Position numbers and translations under genes: made by a program. Shown one piece after another: positions 14,663 through 30,543 of a stretch of 64,000 nucleotides of DNA. Positions within the stretch are counted from its first letter, which is position 1; every line of letters begins with the position of its first letter. The notes under the pieces are model-generated. The model did not search any database, was not told the DNA's origin, and worked only from the letters and a program-made list of their open reading frames with translations. Origin of the DNA: the human T2T-CHM13v2.0 reference genome, Homo sapiens; NCBI RefSeq assembly GCF_009914755.1, contig NC_060946.1; one strand, written 5' to 3'.

Positions 14663-15866
14663 GTGGGTACCTCTCAGAGGAGGGGGCATGCAATGCTCCT
14701 CCCCCAGACTTAGTTGCCCTTCTGTAAAATGGGCTTGGCATCTTTCTTCATGGGTACCCCCTCTCGACCCCTGCCCCTCTCTGGGACTCAGTCTCCTCTA
14801 CCCACACAGTTGGGGCTGATACTGAAAGTCCCTCCCCAGCCCATAGCTGGCATGCTGGGATTCCCAGTACCAGCCTCTGGCTTTGGAGACTTCAGTTTCT
14901 CTCTCCCTTACCTGTTTTGCCACACCCTATTGTCTACAGGGCTCCCTGAAACTGGAGCAGACCCTCATTCTCAGTCAGAGATGGGATTAGTAGATGGAAG
15001 GTGGGTGTGAGTCCTGGCTCTGCACCTGCTGTGTGATCCGGGCCAATTATTTGATCCCTCTGAGCCTCAGTTCCATCTCTATAAAAGGAGGAGTCAGATT
15101 TATTGCACAGGGAAGTTGTGAGAGCCAAAGAAACCAGGCTCAGCCTAACACCCGGCCTGGGGTGCGCATCCACCTAACACCAGCAAATAATGCCGCCTTT
15201 GATTTCTCATCCACCTGTCCACCCAAGGGCGGCAGGATCTTATCCCAACGTCAGAGGCTTGTCACACCCAGTCTGCCCTCAAACCTCTATCTAGGCACGG
15301 CCACCTGACTGCCCTCCTGTGCCTCCCTGCTTTGGTAGCCCCGGGCACAGGTTCCTTCAGGAATGGCCCCTTTGTCTGACTCAGTGCCTCCTGGGCCAGG
15401 GAAGCCTGAGCAGATACAGCCCCTCACCTGCTCACCCCAATCTGTCCCTTTTAGGGCTTACTTTCCAGAAGAAGGACAGACAATAAATAAATGAATATAT
15501 GATTTCCAGTAGTGAGAAGTGCTACAAACAATTGTAAACTAGGGGAAGGGGCTCCTGAGAGTCACAGTGGTTGTGTTAGCTCAGGTGGTCCAGGAGGGTC
15601 TCTCTGAGGAGCTGACTTTGAGCAGACACCTGGGTCAAGTGAGGAAGCGGCTATATGAAAATTGGGGGTGCCTTTGCCAGGCCGAGGTGGGAGGACTGTT
15701 TGAACCCAAAAGTTTGAGCCCAGCCTGGGCAACATAGTGAGATCCCATCTCCACAGAAAAATGAAAAATGGGGTTCAGGGTTGATGAGAGCATCCAGACA
15801 AAAGGAACAGCAGGCGCAAAGACTCCGAGGTGGGAATGAACTGGGTGAGTTTGGAAAAAAGCAAGA

Positions 15867-16190
15867 AGCTCTGTCCACTAGACCTATAATGTGAGCCACA
15901 TAGGTAATGCAAAATGTTCTAGTAGCCACATCATAAAAAGTAAAAAGAAATAGGTGAAATTAATTTTCATATTACATTTTATGAAACCCAATATATCCAA
16001 AAGATGAGCATGTTAATGTATAATCAATATAAGAATTATTAGGCAGATATTTTACATTATTTTTTCCATTCTGAATTTTCAAAATATGATGTGTATGTTA
16101 CACTTATAGCACAGTATAAGTAATAATATGGACTAATTACATGTGCTCAGTAGCCATATGTTACTAATGGCTGCTGTGTGGGACAGTGCA
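15867..16190. mobile_element. hAT-Charlie MITE (MER33-like)
   Basis: Ends gctctgtcca / gggacagtgc; internal atgtgagccacat, tagtagccacat. Confidence 0.65.
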
Positions 16191-16402
16191 GGCTTAAAGG
16201 ATTGGATAATTTGTAAAATTTTGCCCTCTACTCTATTGATTAATAACAACGCTATTGAGCTCCTGGGTCCTCTGAGCTTCTGGGCTTTCAAATGCATGGA
16301 GAAACTGCTCTTCCTCACCTGCCTACCCCTATTCAGGTGGGCACCCCAGGCCTGCTACCTCAGAAACTGCATTTGATCAAGATCCCAGTGTTGTGTGCAC
16401 AG

Positions 16403-17650
<1,248 letters not shown>

Positions 17651-18069
17651 TTATGCTCCCCTGAATCCTTCTAACAAACAATATCACAAGGCAGTTTCTC
17701 TCTTTGTTTCTTTTTCTTTTTAAAAAAATTAGAAGTGGGGTCTTCCCATCTTGCCCAGGCTGGTCTGGAACTCCTGGGCTCAAGCAATCCTCCCACCTCA
17801 GCCTCCCAAAATGCTGAGATTACAGGGGTGAGCCCACCACACCTGGCCTAGGTTCTGTCTTTATTTCCCATTTTACAGACGGGGAGACTGACGCTCAGAG
17901 AGGAGAAATGCAGGCTCAAGGTCCCACGGCTGCTTATAGCCAGAGCCAGGGCTGTTTGATTTTATGTTTGATTTGTCACTCTGGAGGTGAACCCTTCAGC
18001 ATCCTTTGGGTTCTCTGAGCTCCCTCCCCACGTCTACCACCCAGTTCTCACTCCTCTTCATCGTGATGA

Positions 18070-18216
<147 letters not shown>

Positions 18217-19344
18217 TAAGTACCTGGGTGGCCTCTCCTGGTCAGGGACTTTGGGTGAGGTGATCAAGTTGTGGAGTGGGGGAATCTACCCTTGCTCCTG
18301 TCTGCAAATCTGGGAACCAAGTTTTGGGGTCTGGCAGCCTATGGAGATAATTCATGCTTTGCAGTCAGATAGAGCTGGGTTCAAATCCAGGTTCCACCCC
18401 TTCTGGGTTGTGTGGTGTTGGACCAGGACCTTCCCCCTCTGAGCCTCAGTTTCCTCCTCTGTAGGATGAGGCTAACCATGTACTCTGGGGATGAAGGGAG
18501 AGGGTCATGTGGAAAGCCTGATACAGAGGTCAGCCACTTCCTCAAGGCAGGAAGATGGACATAGTGACTGATGAAGCTTTTAGAACTGCCAATCTCTGGC
18601 TCCAGGAGTGTCCTCACTCCTGGGAGGTTTAAGGCTGGATGTTCCAGCCCTGCATCCACTCCTCCCTTCCCGAATCCTGACAATGCTGGGTCTTTACAGA
18701 TTTTTTGGCACACTTGGGGGCCAGGTCTCTATCCAAGAGAGAAGGGGAGCTGAATGGTTGGCTCACCTTATGTGATGTAGCTGAGCATAGTCCTATGTGA
18801 GCTTGCAGAGTCTGGGACACAAAACCACAGTTTCTCTCGTCACTCCTTCTCTGTAAAAGCCTCAGGATGTAGGAATGTCCGCTGGTGGCCAGTAAGTCAG
18901 ATATGGCTGGAAATCCTAAGGTGACCTATACCACACCTCAAGGTTCTCAGGGAATTTTGCAGAGTTCCATGGTCCTACATAGGTCAGAACCTGAAGATGT
19001 GCAGAACACAGCTAAAGCAGTGGCCCTGCCAAGCCTTGGTCATCTGACATGCTCAGGGAATCTGTTGTGTCCAAGAGAATCCCTTTCTGGATAGCTGAGA
19101 TTTGACCGTTTAAGCACCACATCTGACTTTCAGCTGCCTTTTCAAACATTTTGATGAAAAAAAATTTCCCAAAGAGATTTTACACTCTTCTTCTTTCTTT
19201 TTTAAAAAATATAACATTTAGTATTTTTATTAATTATCGTTTATTTTAAAACTAAGAAGATATGGTTTAAGGCAAAAAACCGTATGACTTGTATTCACTA
19301 CTCAGAAGTAACCATTATTAAGATTTTGGTATGAATTTGGATTT

Positions 19345-19347
<3 letters not shown>

Positions 19348-19376
<29 letters not shown>
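19348..19376. repeat. (TG)n microsatellite
   Basis: ~14 TG units. Confidence 0.95.
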
Positions 19377-19379
<3 letters not shown>

Positions 19380-19829
19380 ATCAAATCAAACTTGGATCAT
19401 ACTAAACATAATGTTTTATTACTCACTTTGGAAACTTTACAAGGTAGCATGGACTCTCTCCATGTCATTAAATAGCATTTTATGTTGGTGTTTTTCAAAG
19501 TAGTTTGAGGAAAATTAGCATCAGATTCACAGAAGGGAGATGCTTTAAAATGGAGGTTCTTGGGCCCCACTTAAGCCCCACTAAATCAAACTGAGCTCTG
19601 GAGCCTGGAATCTGCATTTAACAAGCTTACCTGGTGATAGTTACGCCAATTACATTTGAGAACCCACATCCTATGTCATTACTTACCATGGCTTTGTAAC
19701 AGTCCATGATTGAATATGCCATATCCAGGTCCTGATTGTAGGATGTTTAAGTTTTTCAGTTACTGGATATTATAAACAATGCCACAGTGAACAGACTTAT
19801 TCAGATATCTGTGACCCCTTGACAACTGT

Positions 19830-20179
<350 letters not shown>

Positions 20180-20519
20180 TAGAATTGCTGGATCAAGACT
20201 ACTCTTCCAAAAGAGGACAATAAACACGACCTCCTCTTTTGTTAATGACTTAGATCATTCCTCTGAACAGCCATTATTGCACATTGCTGAAATGTTCGCC
20301 TCTGCACTGGTTGGTCCCAGAATGCTAATCATTTTGAGATTTGTGCCTTCTTCCTTCTATTTTCTGCTTTCCTCTATTAGCCATGCCCGACCTGAAAGCC
20401 ATCCCTTCCTCTTTAATGTACTATTTTTCTTCTAATGTGGATCTACAAAAACAGAGTTTGGGCAGAGTCTAACAACAGGAACAAGAGAAGAAACAGATCC
20501 AAAGAGAGGGGCTTTGGGC

Positions 20520-20730
20520 ACAGCAATGTTCTGGAGTCAGTTCTCTGTGGTGAAGGCTGACTGTGCATCTCTCTTCCTAACTTCACTTGCAGCCGTGTCA
20601 TATTGATAGCTTGAAATCTGCCACAGTGGGAGCATTTACACCATGGAAATTGGCAAACGCTGCAAATCAAGAGTGTTAATTTTCGTTTTGTTTTTTGAGA
20701 GTTGGCTATTAACTTACCAGCATACTATTG
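20520..20730 (+). mobile_element. hAT MITE (MER63-like)
   Basis: gatagcttgaaatctgccacagtgggagcatttacaccatggaaattggcaaacgct resembles MER63 consensus. Confidence 0.6.
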
Positions 20731-20955
20731 GCTTTAGTGCATGGCGTCTATATATTGGTATTTGTTGCTGGGCCGTTATTTAGACTGCCTTCTTATTTCT
20801 TAACTGTGTTCCAGGTGGGTAAAGGCAGCATAGCACTGAGTTCTAGATAACTGAGGGGATTTTGCACTTGGATTTGCTGTGCTAAGGTTTGGGTGGGGCT
20901 ATTACATCTTGCCGGGCTGGGCAAGAGTGAACCCTAGGGGTCAACATCAGTAGCC

Positions 20956-21021
20956 AGGATTCTGCCATAGGAAGCTTGGAGTGGAACTGACCTGCCCCCT
21001 TTCTCTCTGTCTCCATGGCAG
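20956..21021 (+). ncRNA. Candidate 5'-tailed mirtron hairpin at the 3' end of CRYBB2 intron 3 (MIR6817-like paralog)
   Basis: CTGCCAT 20962-20968 pairs with ATGGCAG 21015-21021, ending on the acceptor AG; resembles hsa-mir-6817 as I recall it. Confidence 0.55.
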
Positions 21022-21154
21022 CTGGGTGGGCTATGAACAGGCCAACTGCAAGGGCGAGCAGTTTGTGTTTGAGAAGGGTGAGTACCCCCGCTGGGACTCA
21101 TGGACCAGCAGCCGAAGGACGGACTCCCTCAGCTCCCTGAGGCCCATCAAAGTG
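21022..21154 (+). CDS. CRYBB2: Beta-crystallin B2 exon 4: [44 protein letters not shown]
   Basis: Acceptor ccatggcag|C; donor GTG|GTGAGC; 133 nt in frame. Confidence 0.97.
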
Positions 21155-22072
21155 GTGAGCCCCCTGCCATCACCCTACTCCCTCTCTCTGCCCATCATCC
21201 TACTTTCTCTCTCTGCCACCTTGGAGCTGGAGGTCTGGGGACCAGGAAGGAGCCCGCCCCTCTAGCACTGTGCCCCTTCTGATTGGTGAGGAACCTCCTC
21301 ACTGGGTGACCTTGCAAAAGTCATTTTACTTCCCTGAGCCTCAGTTTCTTCATCTGTAAAATGGGCATATTGGTATCTACTGTCCTGAGGTTCCAATGTG
21401 CTTATTAGCTTGAGGGTTGTCACACTGCAACTCCAGAAGGCTCCAATCACAAGACTATGAAATGCTCCAGAGGGCACTATTCACATTCTATTTTAGGTGG
21501 TTGGTGCCCACCCCCCGCGCCCAAGGGTTGGGCAACTCCCGTCATTGCTCAATAACCAATAGCCATCAGAAATACTACAAGAAATTATGAGTTTGGGGCT
21601 GGAGGAGAAGGTGGTTTAGCTCTTCTTCAAGACTCGTGCCAGTGTGAGTTTTCAGTGCTTCTGAGATCCTGATTCTTACTAGTGTGTGAGAGTGTCAACT
21701 CTCAGGAAGGGGACAGGGCCCATCACTGCTCAGTTATACTCTCAAACCCTCCAAGCCCAGTCTAGCTCCTCCCAGGACCTACTGGAAGGTTGGGGAACAC
21801 GGGACTTGGCACCCCACAGACCTGGGTTCCCAAGTTGGCTGTGCTGCTCCCAGCTGTGTGGCCTTGAGCACGTCATTTGACCTCTCTGTGCCGCGCTTTC
21901 CTCATCTGCTAAATGGCATAAGAGGATTTTATGTCTGAGGGATAAGGGTTTTATGTGTAAAGGATGAGATGAGATAACTAAGGAAAATGTCATAGGGACA
22001 GGAGGATGGGAAGAGATGTAGAAATGAAGAAAAATCAAAATATCTCAGGTGCCTATTAGAGGCACAGTTAGC

Positions 22073-22305
22073 CTGTGCGTGTGTGTGTACATGTGTGGGT
22101 GTGCACGTGTGTGCGCGCAAGTGTGTGCGTGTGTCCATGTGTGTGTGCACGCATGTGTGGGTGTGCGTGTGTGTGCAAGTGTGGGTGTGCACGTGTGTGC
22201 GTGCGTGTGTGCAAGTGTGGTGTGCGTGTGTGCATGTGTGCGTGTGCACACATGTGTGGGTGTGCATGTGTGTGTGTGTGCATGTGTGGGTGTTCACATG
22301 TGGGT
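22073..22305. repeat. Degenerate (TG/CG/CA)n alternating purine-pyrimidine tract
   Basis: ~230 bp of tgtgtg/tgcg/tgca repeats in intron 4. Confidence 0.93.
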
Positions 22306-22604
22306 GGGTAGGTATATCGTAGCCACCATTTATAAAAGAGAAACTTGAGGAGGAAAAAATGACATTTCAGAATCAAACATTCCCCAAAGTGTTGCAGAGT
22401 GTCTGTTACATGAAAATGGCCCAGTAGAAACTTAACAAACGGCTGTGATCCAACAGCAGTGGTCATAGACACGTAGTGGGTGCACTGGGAAGAGAGTGAT
22501 GTGTGGGACATGCTGATCCCAACTCTGGGGCATGAGCATGGGGTGGGAAGGCCAACCCTGGGCCCCCTCACCCATACTCACTTCCCCCCATCCTCTGCCA
22601 ATAG

Positions 22605-22748
<144 letters not shown>

Positions 22749-23284
22749 TAAGTGCATTGCCAGCCCTGGCTCACCCTGCCCCAGGAACTGAGACTCTGGG
22801 GTCCTAAGTCCTGCTCTGCCCTGTACACGCTGGTGATCTTGCACACATCAGTGTGCTCTGCTGACCTCTGGCTTCCCACTGGAAAGTAAATGGGAATTCT
22901 CTGCCCATAGGTGGCTTACAGCCGCTGAATTTCTTTCTAGAGCTGCCTTTGGGGAAATGGTATGCCTTTGGAGTGGAGAAACCTTGGCCTTAACCTCAGC
23001 CCCAGTGAGCAAGACATGTATGTCAGAGGGGCAAGTTGAGGCAGAGGGAGGATTAGGTTGAGGCAGGAGGGAAGGAATGAGTTGAGTAGTCTGAAAGCTA
23101 TGAGAAGCAGGAGGACCAGCCCATGCTGCCTTTGACCGCGTGTGTCCCTAAGTTTGGGAACAGGAGGTGTCATTTTCCACTGAATCAAAGTTCCTGGGCA
23201 CATCGACCCTGGCCATCAGCAGTGAGGGATTTCTCATGGTAATAAATTTGGATTCCATGGGGGTCCACAGATGAGCTTTGGGCA

Positions 23285-23785
<501 letters not shown>

Positions 23786-24490
23786 TTCTTGGGGTTTGTG
23801 AAACTCCTAAAATAGTGTGCAAAGTTCTGTGCTCCTATTCCCCTTCATTCCCTCATTCATTCATTCATTCATTCAATCTGTCAGTGCTGCCATATGCCAG
23901 GCATTGTGTTAGGTGCCCAGGGTGAAGGAGATTAAAGAGATCTGGCTTCTGCCCTGTGTAGCCAACAGTCTAGAAGGGGCAACTGTAAATACTTTAAGAA
24001 TTCACATGAATCTAAGCTACTTCCTTGGAGAAAAGATTCTTGAGCTGAGATCTCAAGGAACAGTAGGAATTGCAGGGGTAAAGAGGCCAAGGAAGAGCAT
24101 CCCAGACAACGAGAGCAGCATGTGCAAAGGCCCTGTGGTGTGTGTGGGGGAGCCTGGTAGGTCTGAGAAACTCTACAAAGGCCATGGTGGCTGGAATGCA
24201 GAGATGTGGGAGCATAAGAATGCGAAGTAGAGCTGGAGGTGTCCACAGAAACTGGCCAGGCAGGTCCTTGCAGGCCAGGCCTGTGTGACATTTTCTGGAG
24301 AGAAGACCAGCACTTTCATTAAGTAGCCCCTGGAAACTCTTTCATCAGAAGGCCCCTGGAACCTCCCCCAACTCTTCTTTGACCTTGTAGCTGGGCTTGG
24401 AGGTGGGATAGGACTGGAGGGAGACGGTTCAAAGGCCTGGCTTATTCTAAGCTTCAGTGAGCTTAAGATATCACCCCCTTGCTCTGACCC

Positions 24491-24518
24491 CAGTACAGTA
24501 CAGTACAGTACAGTACAG
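24491..24518. repeat. (CAGTA)5 pentanucleotide repeat
   Basis: cagta x5 plus cag. Confidence 0.95.
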
Positions 24519-24552
24519 GCCTTCAGTCAAAATTTGCTTCAGGAGGCAGTGA

Positions 24553-24936
<384 letters not shown>

Positions 24937-25010
24937 TGCCCTCCCCACCATGCCTCCTTCCCAGGACCCAGGTCTGCTGCCCAGGAACCCTCCAGACCTC
25001 CCAGAGAGTG

Positions 25011-25016
25011 AATAAA
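25011..25016 (+). terminator. CRYBB2: CRYBB2 polyadenylation signal
   Basis: AATAAA ~75 nt after the stop, followed by a GT-rich downstream region. Confidence 0.9.
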
Positions 25017-25067
25017 GTGTGACTTGCAACTTGTCTGCTGTGGGTCTTTGATCTCCCCTGGCAGCTG

Positions 25068-25068
<1 letters not shown>

Positions 25069-25120
<52 letters not shown>
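25069..25120. repeat. (TG)14(AG)12 compound microsatellite
   Basis: Read directly from sequence. Confidence 0.95.
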
Positions 25121-25942
25121 TGACAGCGAGAGAGAAATGAGAATCAGCAAGTACCTGTGCTAGGAGTAGGGCAACAGAACCCTTACTGAGTCTTACGGTT
25201 CTGCAGCTGCTTAGCTGTGTGACCTTGGACACAGTGCCCAACCTCTCTGAGCCTTTGTTTCTTCACCTGACTTGCAATTCCCTTGCCTCTGAGTGGCTGG
25301 CTTGGTTGAGCTCCTGAGCTCCCTGTTACATGCTGGTTGCTGAGCACAGTCACTCTCAGGGGCATGTGATGGGTGCCCCAGCCCTTAAAAACATATCCAC
25401 TGCCCGTCAATCTCACATTATCACATTGTCCCCTTGAGTCTGGGGGTCTTTTTGGATCTGCAAGAGAAGCCAAGAACCCTGAAACCCCCACTCCAGCCCG
25501 GAGAGGTCAGAATGCCATGTTTGTGAGTGTGATCATTCATTCATCATATGGCTGAGGGCAACTGTTAGTAATTGAAGAATCTACGCAACCTCTAAGCTAC
25601 TTCAATGAGGAAGAGACTATTGAGCTGTGAGGATCTTGGCTGTAGCCAGGCTCAAGGTGATGCAATGATCTGGGAATGAAGGCTGGGTTTACACTGCTGT
25701 TCTGGGGCACTGGCCAGGGATAGAGGCTCAGGCAAGTCCTTTTGCCTTCAGAGCTTTGAACGCGGTTGTGATGGGGCTGAAACAAGATGCTGCAGGCCTT
25801 CTGTCTTTAGACTCAGCTTTTGTTGGTTAATTTGTAGTGCAAATATCCGCTTCCTGGGTACAGCCTCTTGTCACTTTGTTTTTGGTATCTCTTGATGACA
25901 TTTTAAATTTTAATGTGGTCAAACAGCAATATTTTCCTTTAG

Positions 25943-26282
<340 letters not shown>

Positions 26283-26565
26283 AACCTTGAAGAAATTCTT
26301 TCTAATCCCTGGTTACAAAGAAATTCTCCAATATATTTTCTTCCCCTAAACTTTTAAAACTTTTGCTCTTCACATTTGCGTTCTTAATCCCTCTGGAGCT
26401 GATTCTTGTATGTAGTGTATGGTAGAGATTCAGTTTCTTTTTCTTTTTTTTCCACTTTGGACGTCCAGTGTCCTAAAATCATTCATGAAGGGGTCCATTT
26501 CCTGCACTGTGGTGCAGTGTCACCTTGCTGATCTATCCCCTTCCCCACAGGTGGGGTGATTTTAT

Positions 26566-26832
26566 AGGCCCTCCACCCCCGGGCCTCCCGTGGCCTGGAA
26601 TGGGGGCTGCACAGCAGGAGGTGGGGATTACAGCCTGAGCCCCGCCTCCCGTCAGACCAGCGGCAGCATTAGATTCTCATAGGGGTGCAAACCCTATTGT
26701 GAACTGCACATGGAAAGGATCTAGGTTGCATGCTCCAATGAGAATCTAATGTGTCCCCTGCCCACAGCCCATGAAAAACTGTCTTCCACAAAATCGATCC
26801 CTGGTGCCAAAACATTTGGGGACCACTGCCCT
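26566..26832 (+). mobile_element. MER1B-like hAT MITE
   Basis: cagcggcagcattagattctcatagg..gtcttccacaaaa..ggggaccactg. Confidence 0.75.
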
Positions 26833-26985
26833 ATAATATGATTCTTCAGGAATGTTTTAGGTATTCTTGACCTTTCAGGACTCCACTTAGAAGCATCCCC
26901 TCACATTTGGAAAAGTGGAAAACCTTGTTGAATGAGCTAAAGTGATTAAAATGATTATCATAAAGGTAGAAACCAATAAGTGCTC

Positions 26986-27728
<743 letters not shown>

Positions 27729-27775
27729 CTATTTCTTCATTCATTCTTCAACCAATACCCATTGAGTGCCTATTT

Positions 27776-27887
27776 GGATACTTGGCTTAGTACCTGAGTG
27801 ATGAAATAATCTACAGCAAACCCCCATGGCACTAGTTTATAACAAACCTGCACATGTATCCCCGAACCTAAAATAAAAGTTAAAAAA
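27776..27887 (+). mobile_element. Short L1 3'-end fragment
   Basis: gtacctgagtgatgaaataatct..aacaaacctgcacatgtatcccc..aataaaagttaaaaaa. Confidence 0.8.
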
Positions 27888-28342
27888 CAGAATCTGCACA
27901 AGTCTAAGCTACTTCCTTGAGGAAAAGACTCGAGCTGAGATCTCAAGGAGGAGTAGAAGTTGCAAGGGTAAAGAGGCCAAAGAAGAGTGTCCTGATGACA
28001 GTGGCACGTGCAAAGGCCCTGTGGTGGGAGGAGCCTGGTAGCTCTGAGAAACTCCACAAAGGCACGGTGGTGGCTGGAATGCAGAGATGGGGGGGGGGTG
28101 GCACATGGAAAACCCTGTTAAAGTGGTTAAAATGATTATCATAAAGGTGGAAATTAGTAAGTGCTAAATAAATGTTACTCTCATCCATTTCTTCATTGAT
28201 TCTTCAATCAATATCTATTGAGTGCCTATTTCACTCCTGGAACTGGGCAGAGTAGGGATACAAAGTAAAACAGATTCCCTGCCCCTAGAAGCTCTCACTC
28301 TGGGGGGATTGTAATAGTTGGAGAGTAGAGCAATGGTGATTA

Positions 28343-29040
28343 TTATGGGTTGAATGAGAACCCCCCAAATTCATATGCTGAAATCCTAATCCTCAATACC
28401 TTAGAGAATGTGACCTTATTTGGAAACTGGGTCATTGCAAGTGCAGTTTTTTTTATGCGATAGGGTCTCACTCCGTTGTCCAGGCTGGAGTGTGGTGGCA
28501 CAATCATATCTCACTGCAGCCTCCAACTCCTGGGCTTTCAAGTGATCCTGTTGCCTCAACCTCTGGAGAAGCTGAGACCGCAGGCGTGTGTGACCACACC
28601 TGCTAACTTTTTTATTTTTTATTTTATGTAGAGATTTGGGGGGTGGGGGGGTGTCTTACTGTGTTGCCCAGGCTGGTCTCGAACTCTTGGCCTCAAGCAA
28701 TCCTCCCGTCTCCACCTCCCAAAGTGCTGTGACTGCAGGTGTGAGCTACCATGCCCGGCCAAATGTAATTAGTTATTTTAAGAGTAGATCACACTGGAGT
28801 AGTGTGGGCCCCTAATGGAATGTGACTGGTGTCTATGAAAATGGGAAACTTGGAGACAGCCACGCACACAGGGAGAATGTCATGTGAAGATGATGGGGTG
28901 ATGTTTCTGCAAGGCAAAGAGTGCCGCAGATTGCCGGCCACCCACCAGAGGCTAGGAGAGAAACACGGAGAAGATTATCACTCGCAGCCCCCAGAGGGAC
29001 CCGACCCTGCCAAAGCCTTGACCTCGGATTTCCAGCCTTC
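28343..29040 (+). mobile_element. MaLR MLT1 LTR with an inserted antisense AluJ (~28446-28760)
   Basis: gaatgtgaccttatttggaaa..., ccaccagaggctagg, cttgacctcggatttccagcct. Confidence 0.75.
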
Positions 29041-29117
29041 CTGGTGACTTTCCTAGAGAGTGCCCTGTCCGTCCTCGCTGGCCCTTTCTTCCCGTCCTCA
29101 AGGCGACACTTCCCCTG

Positions 29118-29517
29118 CAGCCACCAGGTGTCAGCAAAACGTCATCCTCGGGGCTCCTGGCCGGGCGGCCCGAGCTGCGCAGGCCCTGATTGGAGGCAAG
29201 CGCCGTCAGTCACAGGCGGGCAGCCCACGCTGGGCGGGGCCTCCGCGCCTCGCCTCCCTCAGTAGGGAAACTGAGGCTCAGAGGGCCTGGAGCTCAGACA
29301 GTCTTGCCCCTGGGCCGCTGACAGTGCCTGGGCAGGCCTCTAGAATCCCGTGTCTTTCTGCAGCCTTGCTTTCCAAAACTTGTTGGGAGGGGGAGAAAAA
29401 AAAATCAAATCCACCAACCATTCTTTGCCTTAGGAAGGTTATTCCAAGATTCCGAAGCGCTTTCTCACTCACGATGTCACTGGAAGCCGCGGAGCAAAGC
29501 CCGCCACTCAGGTAGGT
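29118..29517 (+). promoter_or_regulatory. CpG-rich promoter/insulator-like element (CTCF motif, CCAAT box, GC box, splice donor)
   Basis: CAGCCACCAGGTGTCAGCA 29118-29136; CTGATTGG 29186-29193; TGGGCGGGGC 29231-29240; CAG|GTAGGT 29511/29512. Confidence 0.55.
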
Positions 29518-29825
29518 GACAGAGCAACCGCTCCGTGCTTCAGTTTCCTCTAAAATGGGAGCAATAATAGTGCCGCTCAGAGGATTGCAGTGAAGAGTCC
29601 AGGACATGACGCTTGTGAAGTTTAGGGCAGAGCCAGGCACACAGCAAGGCCCTGGGTAAAGGAGCGCAGTGTGAGAAGTGCTCAGAGGTGGCTGTGGGGG
29701 TCGGGGTGGGAGCAGGGAAGGCTCCCGGGAGGAGGAGGCTTGGGTTTTGTAAGAGGAGTAGGAGTTTGCCAGATGGCCTGGATGGAAACCCCTTCCACAT
29801 GTTCATTCACCAACTCATTCATTCC

Positions 29826-30543
<718 letters not shown>

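Noticed and set aside
21929-22571. HT-rich and CV-rich ORFs
   Set aside because: Translations of the (TG/CA)n tract.
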